Positions 1 through 12,819 of a stretch of 64,000 nt of DNA are shown here, piece after piece (position 1 is the first letter of the stretch; each line of letters starts with the position of its first letter). Origin of the DNA: Lepidodermella squamata (lineage: Eukaryota > Animalia > Gastrotricha); assembly GCA_047495785.1 (NCBI GenBank), contig JBLDXI010000009.1, forward strand, positions 3,906,001 to 3,970,000, written 5' to 3'. The position numbers and the translations under genes were made by a program. The notes below the pieces were generated by a model. It did no database searches. It saw only the letters and a list, made by a program, of their open reading frames with translations, and was not told the DNA's origin.

Positions 1-274
1 TACCAATAATTATGTCCAAGCTCTCAATTTTTTTAGACCGGCCGCAATTTTTCCAAACTGGACCCAAGGTTTTATAAAATATCTGCGAACGAACAAGGAA
101 TTATATGTATTACTTGGTAATTTTCCCATTTTATGCAAAAAAATGTTAAATTCCCAAAAATGAGGTGAAAATCGTAAAATCGAAAAAATTCATTAATGCT
201 TTAAATCGCTAGACCCTTAAAAATCTCCAGTTAGATAAATTGGCTGAGGTAGCAAGAAAAGCTCAGTCACTCAC

Positions 275-1730
275 CTAGCAAGCGAAGGCATTCAATTGAG
301 CCGTACAAATCGAAGAAGAACGTCAACGATAGCGAGCCGTCGACGTACATTAGCGTAGTGGGTGGTTGGTTATTTCTGCTGATTTGAATCGCCCCAGGCG
401 GTACAAAGCTGAACAGAATCTCATCGCCACGGGTCGGATTTGTACATACATCTTTGTTAACAACCCAATATTCACTTCGATCGAGCAAATCGTCCGAGTT
501 GCTCGGCAGCGAATCTTGGCTGACAGAGGACAAATCAGCAGCAGTTATACCAAACGTTAAACCGCCTCGATATTCTCCTGTCACACTTGCTATTTGAATA
601 GCAACTTTGGTTCCTAAAAAAAAATCAAACACTCAGAAACTTCCAGAAAAATCTAGCAGAAAAATTACCCAATGGAATCGGTCGAGAGGTGAAAACATAA
701 GCATTACAAAATTCGCCATGTGATCTGACTGCAACTGACCCATCTTGCGCTAATGAAACATTCTTTCCAGTTAAAACCGTGCTAAAGCTCAGATTTCGAA
801 CGATGGACAATGAATTGAAGTGATTTAGAGGCGGTAAATTAGGCACTTTAGGCGCGACGCTTGGCCTGGCAGGTGGCGATGTATTTGGTACTAAAGATTG
901 AGATCTAGCTGGCGGTAGCCCGGTTCCTGATCCGGGTAATTGTTGATAGGTTGAAGAGTCAAAAGACGGCCGTGGTGTAAGATTGGAAGACGAATTACTT
1001 GTACCTAGTTCGACGTTAGCTAATCGCATAACCTCAGGTGGCAATCCTTCTCTGCTATTTGGTTTGGAATTTCTACCATATTTCGCACCACGCATTGAGC
1101 TTCGAATTGAAACAGCTGTAGTATTCCCGTAGACGTCGACAATCGCCCATAGCGGTTTCGTCGTCTCTAGGCCACATATTAATGGAGCCAAGTTGTCAGG
1201 GTTTGAACCAACAAAAACTGTCCCGATCTTATTGAAGTAGAATATCAGTTCTTCGTTCTGTCTTATCATTGTATTTTCAGGCAACGCTTTAACCCAAAAG
1301 CCTGCGTGATTGGCAAGATCAGGGCATGAATAGCGAGGCAAAAGTGAAGAGTCGAAATTGGAAGGATCCCATGTAGTGAAACCGATACGAATCGAGCCAG
1401 ACCAAGCGTCCGATGACCGCATACAACGAACGTGAATTCTCTCGCCCATCGCAACTGGTCGGCTAGAGAAGCATAAACCATTGCAAAAAGATTGGAATCT
1501 CGTGGCTTGTGCCATGTCAGTAGACAGCCGAATGCAGGTTCCGTGGATTGGATGGAAAGTGAGCGGAGCATTGGCGTAATAATTCCGCACAGCTTGGGCC
1601 GAGTCCAACGGTCGACCTGGATCAACCATAACATCATCTCCCTCTGTGGTGATCGAAATTAGTTTAATTGATGAGAAAGCGAACATGAAGTTAACTTACC
1701 ACCAAGACGCGAGCCTTGTTGATTTCCCAT
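275..1730 (-). CDS. neur: Neuralized-like E3 ubiquitin ligase, 5' part (two NHR/NEUZ domains; the expected RING lies beyond the left edge)
   Basis: Exons 1730-1700 (MGNQQGSRLG, myristoylation-type start, GTAAGT donor), 1643-669, 613-275 (GTGAGT donor, next exon not identified in window). NHR1 LTFHPIHG...FCNGLCFSSRP...WSGSIRIGFT...PLWAIVDVYG; NHR2 FCNAYVFTSRP...GGLTFGIT...DLLDRSEYWVV...FFDLYG. Confidence 0.88.
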
Positions 1731-1868
1731 GATGAATGTTACCGGCGAGTCATAGCAATAAGTTCAATAACGTTCGTATTAAGCATCTACCAACTGGAGG
1801 AAACAAGAATTTTTAAAATGCCTCTCAGCATAACAATCATGTTTCGAAATATTATCAATCTTCAACAA

Positions 1869-2431
1869 TTAGCTGTTATTTTCTTCGGTAAGCTTCCCGA
1901 TAAAAACTGCATCGTTATGACCCTCGCGGTTCCTTGCAATTTCGATGGCTAAAAGCTGGATACGGGGGGCTATATACAAATAAGTTAGCATCTGAACTAT
2001 GATCCATACGAAGTCAACTTACCAATGGTGGTGTTATCTTCGGAATGCGCCTGAGATGCATCGACGCGCAAGAGACTGGCGAAGTTATAATCATCGACAA
2101 TGCCTTTGTATGCTTCACAGAATTCGCGCCAAATTTTTTTCCCGTTATCCGATTTCATTTCATCAACGTCAACTTTGTCAACGCGCATGTTAGGAAGAAT
2201 TTGCCTGAAATGCGTGTAAATGATATCATCGACTTTCGTCAAGCGTAAATTTTTGCTATTGTTGGTTTGTAGGATCTTGAAGTAAATCTCAGCTTGTTCG
2301 AATGCCTTGGCTGCCCATGCCTCTTCAAGGTTCGGCTAAAGTAAATCATGGCTTATTAGCATTGAAATGTTAGAACAGTCAACGAGACTTACGTCATTGA
2401 CGTAATCGTTCGCGTTATACGACGGGATCAT
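1869..2431 (-). CDS. PBDC1: Polysaccharide biosynthesis domain-containing protein 1 (~150 aa)
   Basis: Exons 2431-2393, 2335-2023, 1969-1869, phases consistent. Reads YVNDPNLEEAWAAKAFEQAEIYF...LRLTKVDDIIYTHFR...GKKIWREFCE...DYNFASLLRVD...PRIQLLAIEIARNREGHN, matching family motifs. Confidence 0.92.
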
Positions 2432-4219
2432 TTATAAAGGTTTCTAGTACAAAAAATGTTTAAACAATACCTCAGGATACCAGAGGCAAGAAATAACTGA
2501 AGGCTGATGCCAATTATCAGTTCAAGTTTCACTCATAAAACTCCTCTAAAAGCTTCGTGTATTATGACGATTCATCACCAAAAGAGAAAAGAGAGAGAGA
2601 GAGTAGCCCACAGTGAATCGGTGAAATCAAGGCCCGTTCAAGGCCCGTGTAGTTGAACATAGGTATAATGACACCTTTCTATATACGAATCATGCCGAGT
2701 CTACATGCGATCTCCCGATGTTACCATTACTAGGAATGATTTTCGATTTAGTTAGGCCCGAGTTATGCCATTGAGAAGTCATGAAGTCAGAGTCATAAAG
2801 CAACTAAACGACTAGAATATCGCAATCTTGTGGTCGCACGGCGTAGGAGTGTAAACACTCTCAAGGATAGTATGATGATTCACCAGAGTTACATCATCCA
2901 AGTGACCAAAAAAATACGTCGATGAAAGCAACTGACCGAAACTGTCAGCTTTGAGCTTCATTTTCTTGATTTTCTACCTTAGCAGCTGATTAATAATATT
3001 AAAAAATATCAGCCAATATATAAAAAAATAAGTTTATTGCAGAAAATTATAATACACTGTGTGACCTTGACCGAGGTATTGGCGGGAATAATGTCGCTCG
3101 TGTGGGCGGAAAGCGAAAAGTCGGTTGTTTTTTGGTCTGCAGTGTAGCACGCAGGGATGCGAGATGTTACCGACCGGTGGTCTCTCAGGAGATGATCAGA
3201 CACGGTTTGCGAGTCATCACGTGAGCCGGGACTCGGGACTCGGTTCCGAACCGGGTTTATTTGTTTTGAGAGAGCCGGCTGTGGTTTGTCAGCGCCGGGA
3301 TATTGCCTGCTGGAGTTCGCGTGTTGTCTGGTGTGTCGGTATGGGCTGATGCTGTTGAGGGCGGTGGGCCATTTTGACCAGCTTTACCCCCTGGCCTTCG
3401 CAGAGGCGTTTCTTACCTCCATCGACGTTGCTAGGTGTAGCAGTTCTTTTTTTGCCCTAGTTTAGTCCGTCGAGAAATGTCAGGAACCGACTTCTTGCGG
3501 CTCCCTCCGCCACCTTGTATAGCCATTTTTGTCCATAACTGAGGAAAATTGACCAAATTGACAGGATATAAAACCCCTATATATCCTATAAAAGGAAAAC
3601 CTATATCTGGACTCGAAGATGGTATGTAGAATTTCGGAATAACGTTTTTTGGTCGAGATTTCCTCTAGAAAGAGATCGAGAAATATAAGTATCTAGGATT
3701 GTGGTTTTAAAGTATGGTGGATGTTGGATGTGATAGAATCTTAACTGTTGGCTGATTGACAATTAACGGCCGTTCAAACCATCTCCCGAATACAAAATAT
3801 AAGTTGATACTTGGTTAACTGCCGGAAAACTCGAAGCCGACTTCCGGTCACAACCCTCCATATGAAGAAAGAGTAAACACTTGTCCTAAGAGTCAGAAAC
3901 CATCATGGGCTGCTCCCTAACTTTGTGGATGTGGGCTGTATGTGACCAATTTAAATGCCAAAGCTTCGCATGTATTTTTGACGAGAGTTTAGTCTTCAGC
4001 TCGGACGGGACCACGTCTGGCATTAGATTTAGGCTGCCTTGAAAATACCATATTTCCTTTTTCAAAATACATCTTGAGAGCACGGGATTGAGGTCGGGGC
4101 GGGCTTGCTATGTCGGACGATTGGAAATTATTCCGCCATCTCATCTTCTGCAATGCCACTCGAGAATATAAATTACTGTTTTATCCCTTTTATAGGCAAG
4201 AATTTCGTGAGCTGCTTTC

Positions 4220-6390
4220 ATGGCTAAAAGATTGACCAATTCTGAAATTCTCAATGGTCTACGGACCTTGATGAAAAACCCTTCGAAATTCGGTTTATCC
4301 GATGCTATTGCTGCATACATCGTTCCAACGGAAGACGCGCACGGGAGCGAATACATTGCTAATTGCGACAAGCGGCGTGAATTCGTAAGCGGATTCACAG
4401 GATCCGCTGGAACTGCTGTGATCACCGGCGATAAGGCCGCATTATGGACTGACGGCCGTTATTACCTTCAAGCCGAGCAACAGCTTGATTCAACAAACTG
4501 GCTGTTGATGAAAGACCGTCTGCCTGAAACTCCAACAATTCAAGAGTGGCTTAACAAAGTCTTGCCTCCGAACAGCAAAATCGGCACAGACCCATTTTTG
4601 GTCGCTGATTCGCAATGGAAAAGCCTATCTGATGGGCTTAAAGAGTCTGGCAATAGCTTGATAGCTGTTACACCAAATTTAGTCGACCTCGTTTGGGCCG
4701 AAAATCAACCGCCTCGCCCTAAGGACAAAATATTTCTCCATCCGGTCAAGTACGCTGGTTGGTTATTCGTATTTTAATGTAATGCATAACTTAAACATAA
4801 CATTTAGGAGCAACTTGGGCTGATAAAGTGAAGACTTTGCGCGAAAAGATGGCGGCTAAAAAAGCTGAGGCCTGCTTGCTATCAGCGTTGGATGAAATAG
4901 CGTATCTGTTGAATCTTCGAGGTTCAGATATTGAATATAACCCAGTTTTCTTTGCCTATTGCATCGTTACGACCGACCGCGTGCTGCTATTTGTCGACGA
5001 TAGCCGATTCGAAGATGGTATCCGCTCTGAATTGAAAGTCGACGAAACTAGCGGCCCTCGGGTAGAGCTGAAGAAATACGATACCGTAATTGATGAATTC
5101 AGCTCAATTGTCGAAAACACCAAGGGCAAAATATGGGTAAATTATTCGAAATCTATTAAAATAATTACGCATTTTGAATTTTTTTAGGTTTCTACACGAT
5201 CAAGCCGTGCCATTGTTCAAGTTGTACCGTCTGATCGCTTAGTGGGCGAACTTACCCCGGTGAATCATATGAAAGCGGCGAAAAATGCCGTCGAAGTTGA
5301 CGGAATGAAATCAGCTCAGGTTCGCAAAATTCTTTCTAGAATCATCATAAATACTTGTTGAATTTTCTTAGCTGAAAGACGCTATTGCCTTGGCCGAGTT
5401 TTTCGACTGGCTCGATCACGAGGTGCCTAAAGGCTACCTCAATGAGGTAACCGCCTCCGACCATTTGGAAAAATTGCGACGGGAACGTGACGATTTTGTC
5501 TCGCTGAGCTTCCCAACAATCGCTGGAAGCGGCCCGAATGGAGCAGTTATTCACTACCGCCCCGAGCCCGAAACTGCAAGGCATGACTTGAATTGATGGG
5601 AGGTTTAATTTGTTAATATATTTTTTGCGTGTAGAAAATTGTCGGTTGACGAAGTTTTCTTGGTTGATTCTGGTGCGCAATATCGAGATGGAACGACCGA
5701 TGTCACTCGAACCTACCACTTTGGTACGCCGACTGAGCAGGAAATAGATGCGTTTACTCGCGTTCTGAAGGGCCATATTGTGAGTTGATAATTGAATCAT
5801 TTGAAATTTATCATTATTTTGAACTTATAGGCCCTTGCTCGTGTTAAGTATCCTAATGGCACGAAAGGCTATCAAATCGATGTTTTAGCCCGGCAAAGCC
5901 TGTGGGAGGTTGGCCTCAACTACCTGCATGGAACCGGCCACGGTGTTGGATCTTTCTTGAATGTCCACGAGGGTCCAGCTTCGATTGGCTGGGTCGCTCA
6001 CCCGGACCATTCAGCCCTGAAACCAGGCATGATTATGAGCGATGAACCTGGGTTTTACGAGGACGGTAAATTCGGCATTCGCATTGAAAGCCTGGTTTTG
6101 GTGCGAGAGGCCAAATTACCCGTAAATTTAAGAATTAAAAAAAAAATTGAAATTAAAAATAATTACTTTTTCAGAATAATTTCAAAAATGCGGGCTATCT
6201 CGAATTTGAGAATATTACGCTGACCCCAATTCAGACGAAAATGATTAATAAATCGCTGTTATCGCCCGAAGAAATCACTTGGCTGAACGATTTCCATAAG
6301 CAATGCTTGGATTTTGCCGGGCCGTCGCTGCAAAAGCTGGGCAAAACCAGCGCCTATGAATGGCTCGTTAGAGCTACCCAGCCAATTTGA
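4220..6390 (+). CDS. XPNPEP1: Xaa-Pro aminopeptidase 1 (peptidase M24B)
   Basis: Seven exons (approx. 4220-4757, 4810-5136, 5188-5319, 5372-5580, 5635-5779, 5831-6121, 6175-6390). Motifs [68 protein letters not shown]. Confidence 0.96.
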
Positions 6391-6739
6391 AATCAACTTT
6401 TGAGTGAAATGAACAAAATTTTACTGTGAAATTCTGTTCCAGGTGATTGGTTGCACATCGCTTGCTCATAGTAATTATATTGATAAAACGCTGCTTTCCT
6501 ATATTACACACAGCTGATTTCGTTGCGAAAAATGTGATTTTTCCTATAAATGTTGCGAATAAAGTCGAAAAATATATCGGGTTTTTATTTTTTCATCTCT
6601 CACTCCCACCTTGTCAGAAATTAAATTATCATATAATATCAGAATAACTGTTTTCTTCGTCGTACTTCAATACAATGGAAAGAAGCGGGTGTGTAAGTGA
6701 CAAGTTTGAAACTTGACGAACTAAACATCATCGTTCTAA

Positions 6740-9700
6740 TCACCAATAAGCTGTGTCAGAGTTGAAGGGCATCGAGGGTGTTGTGAAAGCTAGAGCAGCA
6801 GTTGTTGTCGCGACCGGCGCCAGCATCCGCGCCCAGGGCGACTGGTCGGCCCGGTTCACCGGTTGGTTCGACATTCCTCTGTTATAATTTGCTGTCGAAT
6901 TAGCACTATTTGCGTTGGAAGACACTGGGTTGTAGCGAATCGAGTAGTTTTTGCCGTAGTTATTGTCCCAAAATTCACCTAAAATTAGCGAAAAATGAAA
7001 TAATAATATTAAAATTTTGGAGGACGTAAATCTTAGTATCCTGACTACCGCATTCGGTGCCAAACAATATGCCAATATTTATTCAGCCATTTTGTTGGGG
7101 AATTTACTACCCAAGTAGGGGTCGTACCACCGCTTCATCGAAATATCCCGATAATAAAGTCAGCTTTTTTGCAAATGGAGAGACCCCTTACCCCTCACCT
7201 GTGTCTGTGATTCCTGTGCCAATAAAATGAAACATTCAGCAAGAAAATCCGTCTATTAGACACCCATAGAGAACGTGGTGATCACTACGTTCTCTATGTG
7301 GACACCCTATCAGGAAAACGGACATACTCAGGCCTAACAAGGGCCCAGCCAGGCCTAACATGGGCCCATCTTAGGCCCAAGGGAAAAGGCCTACCATGGA
7401 CCCACCATGGGCTCACCGGGTTTTGACTGGGAACATGATGACCATACGAAGAAATGGCTGTTTCATCACCGCAAACTTGACACTACCGACAAGGCGATCT
7501 GGCCCATCGCCGAATGCTTGCACTGCGGTTCACTGGATTTACGCGGACTATTTTCCCAGTCGAACGCCGGTGACATAGGATAAAAATTTCTTAAACAAAA
7601 CTACACCCCCATCATTGCTGATACCTTGCCGTGGTTTGGTGGCTTTGTCTCGACGACCCGCAAGGCTGTGCCGATGGTTTAACCAAAGCGGAGAGGCCGA
7701 CGGGTAGATGCAGCAAACTAACATCAGTGACCCCCGTCCTCTGGGTTAGAGGTTGTGCGCTTTCCCAACAGGTCCCGTCACGTAAAAAAGCACCCGTTTT
7801 CGAAACCTCAACAAAGAAAAGCTATGTGCGAGGAGGCAGTCCGCCACGAAAGGGGACAACACTAACCTACTACGGCTGTTTTGGTACGTGACTTGTTTCG
7901 ATTTAAATTTCCGCTTTCCTCAAAGGGCGTGCAAAACCGACTGAAAAACTAATGTAGTATAATGATACTACCTCATACTACGACCTAGAAAACCTGATGG
8001 TCCGTCGCCCCCGAATCGAATGGCGCAAAAGATTGGCTAAAATCTTCGTTGCTTTGGTCGTAGGAGTAACCGTTGGTACAGTCGCCGTGTATGGCACTCT
8101 AGAATCCGTTAAACGCTCGATTTGCGGTTGATCGGCATTGGCTTTTTCGAGATGCGGAATCAACAAAGCGAGATTTGATGTGATGTTGCTGATCTTTCGC
8201 AGTCCTTTCTACGAAAGCTACGAAGGAGATAAAAGCGAGGTCGGAAGTCGGAAAGGCCGGTCCAACTGAAAACTACTAATTCTGCTAAAAAGCTGACAAA
8301 ACTGCCTCAAATTTGCCTCTATTCAGCCTGTGGCTATTTCGCCCCAATATCTCAAAAGAAATTGGAAAACCGACACTTTGTTCTTTTTGCATATATGGCG
8401 TAAATATTTCACGTAAAAGATAAACATTTGCTAACTTTAACGAGTCTTAATTTTGAGGTCAACACGCATTTTTCTAGGTTATCCGCTAATATACGGTGAC
8501 CTGCGTTTTTAATTGCGAAGAAATTACCGCACTCAAGCTTGTTATCTATAAGGCTTCATTTAAACAACTCAAAACGGGTATCTTTACCTTCTTTATCGGT
8601 ACATTTGTAGCAAATACAGAACTCGAGGAGAGAGCCAGGCGGCAGGTGAGGCGGAATCGGGATGAGAAATTCGAATAAATCATATTCAGACCGAACACCA
8701 TCTACCGGCATGCCCATCGGAAACGCGTCCGCCTTCCAATCGTTCTGCGTCCGCCAGCCGTCGTATGTCGCCCGAACGAAGACGTGTTTACCGAACGACA
8801 GATTTCTCACCCGAATAAGGCCTTTGATATTTCCAGATCGAAAATGCACGCTTTCGAGGGCGACGTTTTGAACGCGCAGTTTTTCAGCCAGTTGGATGTA
8901 ATTTGATAACGGGTCAGGGAATAGCACTTCGATGCAGTTGTTGCCCGGCCCACTGGCCGCCAGGCTTCGGTCGACGTTGCCCGGCATTTGTTGAACTAAA
9001 TTGAATATTCTAGCGATAGCTTGTGAAACAGGCGTATTCATCGGCGAATCGGCATAGCTGCCGATCGGAGTGGTCCCAAAGGTTCGAATGTCAATCTAAA
9101 AATTCGAAATGAATACCAATAAAAATAGGTTGTTTTGGTCTATTATCTCTGAGTTCCCAGATATATTAGCATCGACTTTGAACTGGATTTTTTGGCTTAA
9201 TAATTTTTTATTTCCCAGCTGAAGTTCAGAGAAGATAGTGATTAAAATCTAGAAAATCCTGAATTTCATTACTATAGCCACCAATTTTTTTATTTTCAGC
9301 AAAAAAAGTTCACGTGAATGATAATTTTTAATAAAATGAATGACCACGTGAAAAGCTGCGTTGACATTTTTTTAATAACAAAAATTAATAAAAACTTGAA
9401 TTAAATATAAATTTATATTAATAAAAAAATAAATCCTGCCTAACTTGAGGATAAAAAATTTGAGAAAAGTTTGGGAAATTTTCCGCAAATAAACTGGGTA
9501 AAAATGCAAAAAATTCGGAGAGTAAACCGGTTTGAAAATCAAATTTATAGCGACCTCGGTAAAAATCAGGAAAATTAACAGATTTTTTAATAATTTCGTA
9601 GGGTAGTATCCAGGCTCTAGAAAAGGTTGTTTATTCATTTTTAATTAAAAATTTACCAGAGATTGACCATCTGATTCGTCGGCGAACCTGACGTGCTTTT

Positions 9701-9953
9701 TACAACCAAAACTGAGGGCTCGTCTCATACCAGCTGGACTCGCTGGCGCTGGGGACGAAGGAATACTGGACCCTCTGCGTTCGCGAGGCTCAAAGTCGAT
9801 GCCATCGCTCGCAGCTGGCTGAAAATCTTCGTCTGCAATGAGGACAATTGTTTAAAAAGCCGGTAAAATAACGAAAGATTAAGACTCACCCCAAAGTGTG
9901 AAAGATCCAGCTGGATTTCTGTTATCCGGCATATTCAAATCATAATCTGACAT
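6740..9953 (-). CDS. PPP1R3: PP1 glycogen-targeting regulatory subunit (CBM21), array copy 1, ~328 aa
   Basis: Exons 9953-9890, 9832-9657, 9095-8588, 6978-6740. RVxF KKHVRFAD; GLIRVRNLSFGKHVFVRATYDGW; EFWDNNYGKNY; ends TAYW. Confidence 0.92.
7265..7298. mobile_element. 34-bp palindromic mini-element with an 8-bp target-site-like duplication
   Basis: CATAGAGAACGTGGTGATCACTACGTTCTCTATG is a palindrome with one mismatch, flanked by TAGACACC (7257-7264) and TGGACACC (7299-7306). Confidence 0.6.
7330..7573. repeat. MITE-like segment with short GGCC/CCCAT repeats and an imperfect inverted repeat
   Basis: GGCCTAACA.GGGCCCA occurs twice. TCACCGGGTTTTGACTGGGAACAT (7413-7436) is an imperfect inverted repeat of ATTTTCCCAGTCGAACGCCGGTGA (7550-7573). 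Confidence 0.4.
7624..7900 (+). mobile_element. 5' UTR fragment of an RTE-clade non-LTR retrotransposon
   Basis: CCTTGCCGTGGT...GACCCGCAAGGCTGTGCCG...TCCTCTGGGTTAGAGGTTGTGCG...CACGTAAAAAAGC...TTCGAAACCTCAAC resembles recalled RTE leader motifs. It is followed by FGT*LV, similar to the GTWNV start of the APE domain. Resemblance only. Confidence 0.5.
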
Positions 9954-12819
9954 GTGTTTGCTGATGAAGACTAGGCGTAAGAATTAGTAACCGCATGCAC
10001 CGGGTGATACAAAAATGCTATCAAAAATCGTCTGCTGATGATGGAAGTTTTTATTGCCTACAATTCATGGTAATATAAATAATATTATGTATAAGTAGTG
10101 TCTGAACACAGGCTATATTCAAGCACTTTTTTATACATCATAGTGAATCGTGTGCATATATAGAAGCCGCGGCGTAGTTGTGTGCGCATGCACGCTGGTG
10201 AAAAAATGTGCTTCTGGAAAAACACTATTATACTGTATACTGGCCAGAGTAAAAATCATTACAGCACACGTTTTTCCCGCACAGTACATATCGGCATGAT
10301 AGTTTTTTGCAGCCGCAACTCGTGACTTATTGTGATATCTCTAATACCTAGTTAACGAACTCGTTTCGGCCATAGTCGATTTCGCAGAGGTTATCCAGAT
10401 AAAAACAAACGCGCTACTCTGTATAATTATTACCCCTTTGATAACCTTATCAAGAGTATTTGCTTACATAATTTATCAGCTATATACTACTAATCCCATC
10501 GTCACGCCAGCCAACCATGCAAAAATAGAAAAAGCCGGTTGCCAGCCACGTGCTGCTAAAAATAACGATATAATATGGCGCATGTGAATAAAAGAAGAAG
10601 CCGAAGTTTTTTGTTTCAGCATCTCGGAAAATTGAATGGGGGACATCAGAGCGAGTGGTTCAAACACTTTTATTATAATTGCGATGTAGTGGTCGATAAT
10701 TCAATGTAAAGACTCTCGGGTTGAATACCGTTTCTCTATAAAAATTATGGCTAGGTATAGCTGGTTATAATTTAACCTAGAACCGAGACAATATTCGATT
10801 CCACTACCAATTGACAAAAAACGAAGGTAAAAAAGCCGCACAGCTTTGCTATTTTACCGCAGTGGGCTACCATCGTTGACAAATCTTAGTGGAAAAGGTT
10901 GACTCTTTTCAAGAGCGCAAGAGTCTGAGCCCTTTCACCTCTTTTGAATTGGTATTGAATGGGGACAAGAAGAGAGAAAAATGTTCGAGAATGCGAGTTT
11001 ATTACAGCTAGAAATGGAAATTATGGTGCTAGGTGGAAAATAGTCTAGAAAACGAGGATATATTGTGGTGTCAGCGCGCTGAATCTTGGCCGCACAAGGT
11101 CCTGCGCTATAATTTTGAAGATCGCGCGTTCGAAAAAACTGATATAAAAAAGCGGAGAATCGATCCAAATATTATTTGTCTCTTTTGTTTCCGCGAATCA
11201 ATTATTTATAACCTCGTTTTTCTCAATGAAAATTCACCAGCACAGATCCTCATGGGATTCGAAGTATTCAAACCTTCAAGCTATATGACAGAAGCCGGTA
11301 GACTGAACACAGAAGTTCAGAACCTTCTCACTCATGCAACAGCAAATTATACATGGGAATTTGCGTTAAAACGGCCCTTATAACACGGTAAACAATTAGA
11401 CCGGAATAATCGTAACCACATAGCGAATATTTCTGCATGCGTTGACAAAGCCAGTTCGGCAACTAAAGAGAACAAAATATTAGCTACGTAGTTAATTCCA
11501 GGATTTCGCATTGGATTTGGGAAAAGCAGCCGCGATGATTCATGGGCTGCTTCAAAGGATCAAGTTGCGGTTTAGCGTCCAATTAGTGTCAATTTCACTA
11601 ATTACCTTGGTTATGTAAATAAATATGTATCTCAAAGGCCGATGATTGTCAAATGAAAGACAATCCTGAAATCGGACAGCTCGAATTTTAGACAATTCGA
11701 CTTCAGACGCCTATCTTTCGGAAGTAAGCGTTATTCATGCAGATCGAACTGACAGCCTACCTTATTTTAATAATTACATTATTATATTTCAGCTCATATA
11801 TCTCACTTTCACAGCTTGAATAAAAAGGTGTGAGCGGAAAGAGTTGGCATCAAGTAAAGAAAAACGAAATGAAGTGGGTCGTTCTTGATATTTTCGGCAC
11901 AGAACTTTCAGGTTCGCGGGAGCTGCGATGACGTTTTAAAGCAGAAGATCAAGGGTCTGAAAACTCTGGAAAACATTTGCGAAGCCAATCCTTGAAGCAT
12001 TTAGTAAAGCTCCGAAAAATGTGACCTTTTCGGCGAACCTAAAACCATAAACTTTCCCCTTCTCGGAATCTTTTCTGGTGTTCGATGTTCGAATGAAAAG
12101 ATCCAACGAATTATGCTTACCTATTAATTACGCTTTCGGAAGGGACCGTCCGAATAATGAGTGATTCGTCATCGACGGCTCGGAACCGGCAGAGTTACAT
12201 GTGTAAATACGTCATCAAAACGTGCGGTTTTTTATCGCTTCACCGGTAATGAGGTGCAAGATTTTCCCAGGTTCCTTTTCTTTATCTCATGAAATCTACA
12301 CTTTTTACGAACCGTATCACAAGTCAGGCCATCTTCGTGTCGCCATGCAAACTTCTCTAGCCTAATGAGCAAATATTATTGTTTTCCGATAACCTCAATC
12401 TGGTGGACTTTGGAACGATTTGCTATGGAAAATTCTCGTGAGCTAGTTCCATCCGGAGCATTTGAAAGCTCCAGAAAAGCTTCAAATCTGCGTCTGGTTC
12501 CCAATTTTATTGGGTTTTTTATTTATTTACAGGTAAATTGGGAAAAAATTTCCTGGTTAGATCAAAATGTGCTCAAATCAACCTCTTTCTCGAATCACCA
12601 ATATCATGAAGATAGAAAAAAATTATAATTTTCGGTGAAAAATGGCGGTGTCAAACAATCGAAAATTCATGAAAAAAACTCGAACTACTGTTGAGTTGTC
12701 TCATAACTTTATTAGTAAAAAAATACCATACAACTGAACACTGAGTCCGTGTTTGAACACGAGGTAATACAATGATGAATCAAAATCAAAAGCAATCGCC
12801 GTATATCTATATAACGCGA

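Noticed and set aside
3009-3535. GC-richer stretch with short ORFs on both strands
   Set aside because: No consistent frame, splice structure or recognisable motif; possibly a decayed repeat.
10935-12100. 116-aa + strand ORF and neighbouring coding-like fragments
   Set aside because: Non-ATG start, stops in adjoining frames, no recognisable domain; may be a pseudogene or TE relic but cannot be supported.
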